A stretch of DNA of 64,000 nucleotides from NCBI GenBank assembly GCA_003712055.1, contig RHLJ01000007.1, positions 113,512 to 177,511 of the forward strand, read 5' to 3'. Made by a program: the position numbers and the translations under genes. Below the pieces are notes generated by a model. That model did not search any database. It was not told the DNA's origin and saw only the letters and a list, made by a program, of their open reading frames with translations. This DNA comes from Balneola sp. (GTDB lineage Bacteria; Bacteroidota; Rhodothermia; Balneolales; Balneolaceae). Of the stretch, positions 48,356 to 57,100 are shown piece by piece; position 1 is the stretch's first letter; every line of letters starts with the position of its first letter.

Positions 48356-48529
48356 GAATGATCAAATAGTCCTTTGATCATTCGGTGGGGTGCAATACCC
48401 ACCATCTTTTGACCCACCCCTGTTCGCTTTAAATATACTATGGAAGGCGGCTCAATCTCGTCAATTGGAGGGAAAGCTCGTTGTTAAAGATTATTCTGAA
48501 AATCAAAGAGTTCCCCTCTTGGGAGGGGA
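48356..48529. repeat. Cluster of REP-like hairpins in the 350-nt spacer upstream of queD
   Basis: Three hairpins: GAATGATCAAA-tagtcc-TTTGATCATTC (48356-48383, perfect 11 bp), GGTGGG-gtgcaata-CCCACC (48384-48403), and TCCCCTC-ttgg-GAGGGGA (48512-48529) followed by CTGAGGGGTGGGTTTTT. Confidence 0.6.
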
Positions 48530-48619
48530 CTGAGGGGTGGGTTTTTCTTGGTCAATGAATATTTGGAACCGAAACAGAATTGTTTAGGTTTATGGGTGCC
48601 CAATTAAAAAGCATTCATA

Positions 48620-49054
48620 GTGATATTCGTAACGCGCAAAACACATTTTAACGCAGCCCATCGGCTTAACAATCCAAACGAGTCGGAAGAGTGGAATAAA
48701 AACACTTACGGGAAGTGCAATTATCCGAATTGGCATGGCCACAACTATGTACTGGAAGTAACCGTTGCGGGAGATCCTGATCCTAAAACAGGGTATGTGA
48801 TAGATCTCGGTGCACTTAAGTCCATTATCAAGAAGAGAATTACCGATCCTTGCGATCACAAAAATCTAAATCTGGATGTTCCTTTTCTTAAGGGAATTAT
48901 CCCAACCTCTGAGAATTTAGTTAAAGCTTTTTATGAGGAACTAAAGGAGAACGTTGAGCAATCCGCATCACAAGGTAGCGTTCTCTATTCGGTGAAGCTG
49001 TTCGAGACCGAACGAAACATAGCCGAATATTGTCCATATCGACGGACTAGTTAA
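48620..49054 (+). CDS. queD: 6-carboxy-5,6,7,8-tetrahydropterin synthase / PTPS-family protein
   Basis: 144-aa ORF with a GTG start. It has ..THFNAAHRL.. and C-x5-HGHNY (KCNYPNWHGHNY) zinc/catalytic motifs of the QueD/PTPS T-fold family. Confidence 0.82.
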   Translation: MIFVTRKTHFNAAHRLNNPNESEEWNKNTYGKCNYPNWHGHNYVLEVTVAGDPDPKTGYVIDLGALKSIIKKRITDPCDHKNLNLDVPFLKGIIPTSENLVKAFYEELKENVEQSASQGSVLYSVKLFETERNIAEYCPYRRTS

Positions 49055-49079
49055 TTATTTAATACTGAATTTCTCCAAT

Positions 49080-49979
49080 ATGATTTCTAATCAAGTTCGT
49101 AGGTTCTATGATCCTACATTTACTATTACACCCGAATACAAAGAGACTTTACCCGATTTACAGAACGGACCTGCATCATTAATCGAAGGTGCAAATGTTC
49201 CCATTCAGCAAGTAGGAATTTCAAATTTTCGCTTACCTCTTCAGCTTAAAAAGAGAGATGGTAAACCCATCACACTTGAAGTATCGGTTGATGGGTATGT
49301 GAGCCTGGATGCTAACAAGAAAGGCATCAATATGAGCCGTATAATGCGGACTTTTTATGGGTTTAAAGACCGGGTGTTCTCTCTAGATATGTTAGAGGAA
49401 GTATTGAAGTCATATAAAGAAGACTTAGAATCACAGGAATCATTCCTGCGGTTAACTTTTTCCTATCCTATGATACAAGAGAGCCTACGATCGGGAATGG
49501 AAGGATATCAATATTATGATGTTTCGCTGGAAGGTCATCTTGATAATTATGACCGCTTTCATAAGCATATGCATTTAAAGTTTGTGTACAGCAGTGCTTG
49601 TCCGTGTTCTTATGAACTCGCTGAGCACGCTCGTGTAGAAAGGGGAGTAGCGGCAATTCCTCATAGCCAGCGAAGTGAGGCAGAGGTTACAGTTTCACTG
49701 AGAGATGAATTTTTTGTAGAGGATTTAGTCCAAATTTGCCAAACAGCTCTTAAAACCGAAACGCAAGTGATGGTTAAAAGAGAGGATGAGCAAGCCTTTG
49801 CGGAACTTAATGGTGCCTACCAGAAATTTGTGGAAGATGCTGCACGCCTTCTTTACGAAGAACTGGATACATACAATAGTATTAGAGACTTCGTAGTCCG
49901 ATGTGCTCATTACGAAAGCTTACACAGCCATGATGCGGTAAGCAGAATTTGTAAAGGACTTCCCAACGGGCTTAGATAG
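49080..49979 (+). CDS. folE2: GTP cyclohydrolase I type 2 (FolE2/MptA family)
   Basis: 299-aa ORF with ..LPDLQN..PIQQVGISNFRLPL.., KGINMSRI, SACPCSYELAEH and IPHSQRSE blocks, matching the conserved FolE2 pattern as I remember it (KGtHMSRf, CPCS, HNQRS). Confidence 0.75.
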   Translation: MISNQVRRFYDPTFTITPEYKETLPDLQNGPASLIEGANVPIQQVGISNFRLPLQLKKRDGKPITLEVSVDGYVSLDANKKGINMSRIMRTFYGFKDRVFSLDMLEEVLKSYKEDLESQESFLRLTFSYPMIQESLRSGMEGYQYYDVSLEGHLDNYDRFHKHMHLKFVYSSACPCSYELAEHARVERGVAAIPHSQRSEAEVTVSLRDEFFVEDLVQICQTALKTETQVMVKREDEQAFAELNGAYQKFVEDAARLLYEELDTYNSIRDFVVRCAHYESLHSHDAVSRICKGLPNGLR

Positions 49980-50021
49980 TTTTTCTTAGTTCGTTAAGAG
50001 TTTTCAACTACCTTATTGTTC

Positions 50022-50116
50022 GTCATTCCGCGGCGAAAGCCGGAATCTAGATTCCCGCCTCCGCGGGAATGACTTAGGATGATCTATTTACCTTCCTGAA
50101 ACGAGTTCAGGATGAC
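50022..50116. repeat. Three adjacent REP-like palindromic units
   Basis: Three units: GTCATTCCGCGGCGAAAGCCGGAATC (50022-50046), GATTCCCGCCTCCGCGGGAATGAC (50050-50073), and CCTGAAACGAGTTCAGGATGAC (50095-50116). The last recurs at 58354-58375 with one mismatch. Confidence 0.7.
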
Positions 50117-50138
50117 TTGCTTGTGTAGTTGTTATTCC

Positions 50139-51005
50139 TCAGTCCGTTTCAGCAAAAACGATGACAATTTTAGTTCTATCCGGGCTCAGAGATACCCTGG
50201 AAATAGTTCCATTGCGATCAAATATCTGGACTTCTGGTGCATATCCGTGGCCTTCTTTCCAAAGTCGGAGTGTGTTACCTGAACCAATGATAAAGCTCTC
50301 TCCATCCACCCAAAACATATCTTCCGAGCCTTCAGGGGTTTCTGTTAGAGGCTTCATTGCACCTTCCGAAGGATCATAAGCTTTAACAAGCCAGCTGTCC
50401 GGATCAGACTTATCTACGAAACTGATAAGTTCTGTACCAGGTATTTTATGAATAGAACGGCCGGGATTGTTTGCAATAACCTTTTTAGAGCCTTTGCGAC
50501 CAAGCTTAAACTCGACAAAGGTTTGAGGATTTCCTAACACAAAAGCATAAATGGTTTTTTTATCAAACCAGGTATGGTATCCGATCACCTCATCCGGGAC
50601 TAATACCTTTGGCTTTCCTCCGTCAATAGGAAACTTCCAAAGCAATTGTTCACCATCTGGTTTCAACCATATTGAGGAAAGGAAAAGAGGATCCGGTGTA
50701 ACGGTAGGAGAATATTCTCCACCTTCTAAGTCTGTGATCCACGCTTTTGCTCCTGTTTTAAAATCAAAGCTCAGGATATCCTGGTTCGCGCTATCCCTTG
50801 TACTTACATAAAAAAGATGGCGCCCATTTGGATGAAAAGAGGGTTGGTTATCATAACCCGGGGAGTTCGAGATATTTTGCAATCCGCTTATGGTGAACGA
50901 TTCACCTTCAAATGATATATCTCCCATGTACACTTCAGGGTTGCTTTGAGTGTAACCTACCGTGAAGGAAAAGCTTAAGAAAATGAGAAGTATGAAAGAA
51001 CGCAT
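50139..51005 (-). CDS. TolB-like/PD40 beta-propeller periplasmic protein
   Basis: The track ORF extends to 51056, but that extension contains the terminator of the upstream gene. ATG 51005 gives signal peptide MRSFILLIFLSFSFTVGYTQS. The ..PGYDNQPSFHPNGRHLFYVS.. block is PD40/TolB-repeat-like. Confidence 0.65.
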   Translation of the reverse strand: MRSFILLIFLSFSFTVGYTQSNPEVYMGDISFEGESFTISGLQNISNSPGYDNQPSFHPNGRHLFYVSTRDSANQDILSFDFKTGAKAWITDLEGGEYSPTVTPDPLFLSSIWLKPDGEQLLWKFPIDGGKPKVLVPDEVIGYHTWFDKKTIYAFVLGNPQTFVEFKLGRKGSKKVIANNPGRSIHKIPGTELISFVDKSDPDSWLVKAYDPSEGAMKPLTETPEGSEDMFWVDGESFIIGSGNTLRLWKEGHGYAPEVQIFDRNGTISRVSLSPDRTKIVIVFAETD

Positions 51006-51040
51006 GGCATATAGAATTAAACTGGGTACTTCTGGATGAT

Positions 51041-51075
51041 AAAAAAAATCCCGCACATCTCTCGATGTACGGGAT
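51041..51075 (-). terminator. Intrinsic terminator after the 2323-aa gene
   Basis: The minus strand reads ATCCCGTACATC-gaga-GATGTGCGGGAT (12-bp stem with one G-U) followed by T8. Confidence 0.8.
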
Positions 51076-51125
51076 AAACATGAAACAGAGCTACTATTCT
51101 GCTTCTTGTGTGAGCAGAGTCTCGC

Positions 51126-54100
51126 TTATTTGATAAGCATCATCTTCTTCACGCTGGTAAATTTACCCGCTTCAATTCGGTAAATATACATGCCACTAGC
51201 CAGGCTTCTTGCATCGAAAGCTACGCTGTGATAGCCAGCCTCCATCTTGTTGTTAACAAGAGTAGCTACCTTTTGCCCAAGCATGTTATATACCGACAAC
51301 TGAACATCAGCAGCTTGTGGTAAAGCAAATTGGATGTTAGTAGTGGGGTTGAATGGATTCGGGTAATTCTGATCCAGACCAAACTCGGTTGGAAGTCCGG
51401 AGATTTGCTCGTTAGCAACCGGCATTCTGTCGGTGACTACGGCTCTGCCTTCACCACCCTCTGGATACTCAGCAGAAGTGATAGAACCTCCCAGACTTTC
51501 AACAATGTAGTTCGAAAGTGCCTGCTGATAAGTAACACCAACCAGTGTTTGATCAAGATCGGCTAACGGATATTGATCTCCACCTGCTGCCGTAAAGTTA
51601 GCAGTTGCAAGGTTTACATCAGGAGCGCCAGCAACAACTTGTCCATTTTCGATGATCTTGGTTCCATCTTCGAGAGTAATATCGATTACGCGTAACCCTT
51701 CAACAGTAGCTTCCAGATTATCATCTAACTCAACAGCGGTTAATGTTGGATTGTATTGCATGCTAAACCCTGCAAATTGAGCATATCTACCTGTACCGCT
51801 TCCGGATGAGATAGGCTCACCTCCGTCAAGGGAGATTCTGGATACTGCATTTTCCATCATCAGCTTGAATCTTTCCGGTGTAACACCTTCCACGATAGTG
51901 ATGAAGTTTAAGAAAGGCAGCATATCGAATGTGGTAAGCTCGGAGATATCTCCTGCAGGAATAACATTGTCATTTCTGATACCACCACCGTTAGCAATAG
52001 CAACCTGAACTTGTGGAGCACCAAAGTCATTAGCTAACTCATTTGCCTGCCATATGAAGGCATCTGCGATCAGGTTACCCTGGTTTGTTTCACGAGCTCT
52101 GATATTTGATCTAACACCATCTAGAGCTACCTCAGAGCTGGCAATCACGTTAGATGCAAGCTCTGCTAACCCTTCAACTACCGGGTCAACTACAGTTTCT
52201 TGTAGGTATGGATCGCTTTCAACAGCGTCATCATTGTCTCCACCAGCAATTCTGATCGGGCCTGATTCATCCAGAACCTGTACCACATCACCGCTCGCAT
52301 CAAACTCAACGACAAGCTGACCAAGATACTTGTAGCTACCAGTAGTAGTTACAATTGGTACGTCGTTTCCGTCAAGGTTTTCAGCGTACATTGGATATGA
52401 ACCAAATACATCGCCTTCGTCTCCAGGAATGAGGGCATCACCGTCGTTAGCAAGAAGTTCATCACCACCGCCAGCAATCATGATATCAATTCCGGAAAGC
52501 TGGGTAGCTAGCACTGAATCCTCTTCGATTCCCTGTAAGTGAGAGATCAAGATAATCTTGTCGACACCTTCTGCTTCAAGCTCATCAATAGCAGCTTGAA
52601 CGATAGTGGCAACATCATCAAGTACTTCAACATCGCCAGGGCTTGAGATGAATGGAAGGTTTGGAGTAATTGCACCTACGATTCCTATTTCCTCACCATT
52701 TACTTCAAATACAGCAGCTGCTGCAATTTGATCATCATCTTCAAGTGCCGAAAGGGATGCGTTTTCAGAGAAATCAAGGTTTGCACTCAAGAAGATACTG
52801 TTGATTTGACTAACGAAATCGGCAGTTACTTCTGGTCCAAAGTCGAAATCGTGGTTACCTAGCGAAAGTGCGTTGTATCCAATGTCATCTACAGCAAGAG
52901 CATCGTAGAATACAGAATCGTTTTCACCAACGGTATATTCAGGGCCTGCCAGGAAGTTATCTCCTGAAGAAAGCATCAATACTCCACGGCTCATAGCCTG
53001 GTTAGATGATCTCATTAAATCAACCATGGTTTTGAATCGAGCTACACCACCGAAGTCTTCTAAACCTTCGCCAGCATTCACAAGCTGAGATTCGCCATCA
53101 TTATTGTGAAGGATGGCAAGCTGGAATGAAGTTCTTATATCAGAAGATAAGCTTGGTACTAACTGATATCCGGAGTTATTATTTCCAGAACCATCAAACT
53201 GACCAATAACACCTGTAAATGTAAATTCACCATCAGGAACTGTAGTTCCAACAAAATTGGCAGACTCACCTGTTGAGCTGGTTTGAACTCTAAGTCCTAC
53301 TTCAGTTTCGCCAGATTCATCAGTGATATCATAGGTAGTTCCTAAAGAGAACTCAGTGTCGTCAGTTGTAATAGTGATATCTTTTACAACCACTAACTCA
53401 TTTTCATATTCCTCACCATTAGCAGCAATCTCAGCAAGAGTTACCAACTGTGGCTCAGGAAGGGTATTGTTACGAGAAATAACGGTAAATAGGAGGTCTC
53501 CGGCGATTTCATGAAGTCCGTTAAAAGGATCAATTTCACCAGTCACTCTTATCAGGTCTCCCTGACGGATATAACCGGTTTCTACTGAATCGCGGAACTC
53601 ACCACTAAAGCTAAATACTGCTACACCAGCTGTAGGATCCTGGATTCTGGCAATAGCACCTGCTGCTCTGGTGACAACACCGTGAACCGTTACACGAACA
53701 CCTTCTTCGGTTTCAAGGATATCCTCAATATAGGTGTCAGTACGCGTGATATTTCCAAGACCACCTTCTGGGAAATCATCTCCGGAAACTTCGCCGTCAA
53801 GATACTCGCTGTCAGAAAGGTAGAGAGAGAATGCTTGCTGATCAGTGATACCTAATCTGGTAAATCCAAGATCACCAAATGGGTATTGATCTCCGCCACC
53901 TGCATTGAAGTCACCAATAGCCATATTAACATTTGGAGCATCTTCGATTACCTCTCCGTTACGAACTATTACCGTTCCGTCATCAAGTACAAGATCAACA
54001 ATTCGATCTCCTGAGAACGTAACATTTCCTTCATCATCGAACTGGCGAGGCTCGCCTTCTAGATCATATACGAAATAGAACCCTGCAGCCTGGGCAAATC

Positions 54101-57100
54101 GGCCAGTACCACTTCCGCTTGGTTCACCGGTTTCGCTACTAATCTTGGAAACGGCGTTTTCCATAATTTCCTTAAACTGCTCAGCAGGAATTTCTTCAAC
54201 TACACTGAGAAAGTTTCCAAATGGAAGGATATCGAAGGTTAGTAATTCAGTGATATCTCCAGCTGCAATCACATTGTCATTTCGGATACCGCCACCATTT
54301 TGAAGAGCAACATCAGGAACATTCACTCCAAAATCAGGAGCTCTATCCTGTGCAACTCTTAAGTAAGCCTGAGAAATAAGGTTACCAAGGTTTGTTTCTT
54401 TACCTCGAACGTTACCTCTTACACCATCAAGTGCTACATCACTAACTGCGATCACATTTTGGTCTAATTGATCAAGGAAGTCAGCTACAGGCTCCACAAC
54501 AGTTTCAAACATAGTCAGATCTTCATCTACAGCGTCAGTTCCAATACCTGAAACTCGAACCGGGCCGGAATCATCGCTTACTTGAACAATGTCACCGTTC
54601 TCATCAAACTCAACGATTAATCGTCCAACATAAGAGTAAGACCCTCTGGTTGTAACGATTGGTACATCATCACCATCGAGGTTTTGTACGGTAATAGGAT
54701 ATGAGCCGTAAACGATTTCTTCGTCTCCTGGTACCAGAAGATCACCATCATTGGCAAGAAGTTCATCACCACCACCAGCAATCATGATGTCGATGCCAGA
54801 AAGTTGCGTTGCAAGCGTGGAATCTTCTTCAATACCCTGAAGGTGAGAAATAAGGATGATTTTATTAACACCCGCAGCTTCAAGAGCGTCAATTTCGTCC
54901 TGTACCAGTCCGGCTACATCAGAATCTACTTCTACATTACCAGGGCTTGAGATAAACGGAAGGTTTGGTGTAGTTGCACCAATAATACCAATCATTTGAC
55001 CCCCGGCTTCCACAATAGTACTGCTTGCTATTCGTCCATCGCCTTCAAGTTCTTTTAGCGAAGGCTCGCCATTGAAGTCAAGGTTCGCACTTAGGAAGGT
55101 TGGGCTGGTTTGTTCGAATGCAGAGATGAAATCAGCAGTATTTTGAGGGCCAAAGTCGAAGTCATGGTTCCCAAGAGCAATTGCATCGTAAGCAAGCTGG
55201 TCCATTGCAAGAGCATCGTAGAATACCCCGTTATTTACACCAGCATTAAATTCAGGACCTGCAAGGAAGTTATCCCCTGAAGAAAGCAGGATAGAAGTAC
55301 TTCCTGGGTAATCAGCTTCGTCTCTTAAATCTTCAACAAGAGTTTTGAAGCGGGCAGCACCCCCAAAGTTTTCAAGAGTATCCGATCCCAGATCTATAAG
55401 CTGAGACTCACCATCATTATTATGAAGAATGGTTAGCGTGATGGAGTTATCAATCATATGCTCACCGGCATCGCTAAAGTCATTAGCTCCATCTTCTCCA
55501 ACAATCCACTCAGAAGTAAGCGTTGAAGAACCAAATGAGCCTTGAGGAGCAGGGTTTCCTTCTTTAATGAAAGACTTTCTTATAAGTACGCGATCAGCAG
55601 TTGCTTCAGAGATACCGGCTACATCCCAGGCAGTACCCGGATCTCCAAGGAAATCGCCAAACATATCAAGTACTTCATAATCATCTTCGGTACCGAAAAC
55701 GAGAGCAACAGCATCATCTCCGTTAAAGAATGCACTACCCGTTGCATCAGCAAGATCGAGCAGCGAGTCAACAGCACTTGGATTTACCCAAAGGAAAGTA
55801 CTATTAGCTTTGATTGTATCTGTAGCTGAAAAGTCTTCCCAGCTTTCAAAATCACCGGGTAAGCTTGGCGCGTTAGATACACGAGCAATTGCGTAATCCT
55901 GGAGAAGTACATCTTCATCGGTTGGATTATAAAGTTCCAGGTACTTGTTGCTTCCACCATCTCCATCAGCATACTCAGAGATAAAAATCGGAGCAGCCTC
56001 AGAAGCAAATTCAACTTCATGAACGGTAATAGAACCAGTTACCTCATTGCTGACAAGAGCTAGAGGAAGGGCAGCAGGGCTGGTACCTTGCTTTAAAAAG
56101 GTGATGCTTTCAGGACCAGAGGCAATGGTAGATCGCATAATTGCTGCAATAGCTTCAGTATCATCAGCATCGGCCAATTCTTCAATAGTATCTTCGTTGA
56201 AGTCCAGCTCGTTGAAGTTTCTTGGGTTGGCATAAGAAATATAAGTAGGATCGGTTGGATCACTTACATCATACACCATAACCCCACCGATTCTTTCAAG
56301 ACCGATGAATGCATAGGTTTTACCTGCCAGGTAAACTACAGTTACTGCTTCAGGCTCAGGCCCTTTATCGTCAGAACGGTTATCAAAAGAATCATTCTCT
56401 GAATTGGTAGAGTTGAAATTATCAGGTTCTAGCAATGAAAGCCTTAATTCCATATCGCTTCCACTATCGTAGACCAAAGAACCGTCAGTAGCACTCCAGA
56501 TACTGAACGAACGCGCGCCATATGAATAAAGCTCGTCAAACATTGGATCAGCAATCAACTGACCACGAATAGCGCCATTTGATTGACCAACGGTATGAAC
56601 ATTAACATAAAGTGAAATTTCTTCTTCAAAAAGAGCTTCCTCCATTTCAGAAAGAATAGCTGCAAACGTGGAATCTGATTCAGACCACTCACCAGTAACT
56701 GTAGTAACACCTGCATCATCAGTAGTAACCTCGGTATCACCATCAGTCAAAATGTTGAAGAGCACTCCTCCATCAGCTCCGCTTGCCGCATTATGGAAAT
56801 GCATTGCGGTAACATCATCAGAAGTATCGTCGGTAGTTAGGGTATCCATACCATTGAAGCCGTTGAAGTCCAGACCTTCAAAAGTCATGGTAAAGGTCAT
56901 AGTTTGTGCAGCTACATCATACTTGAACTCGCCTTCGCCAGATCCTCTATTATCTCCGCCTGAAGTTTCCTGTGCAGAATCAGCTTCCATCACAAAAAAT
57001 AGAGAATCCGCATTCATACCAAGAGTATTGGTAGTTCTTAAACGGCCCAGGTTTTCATCTTCCTGTAAGTCCGAATCAGTAAACACAGAGGGGTTTAATC

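Noticed and set aside
48540-48619. preQ1 or THF-type riboswitch immediately upstream of queD
   Set aside because: I could not align the region to the preQ1-I core (..CCC.UA.AAAAAACUA) or recall a matching THF/folE-motif structure. It is left as an untested possibility under the structured-spacer finding.
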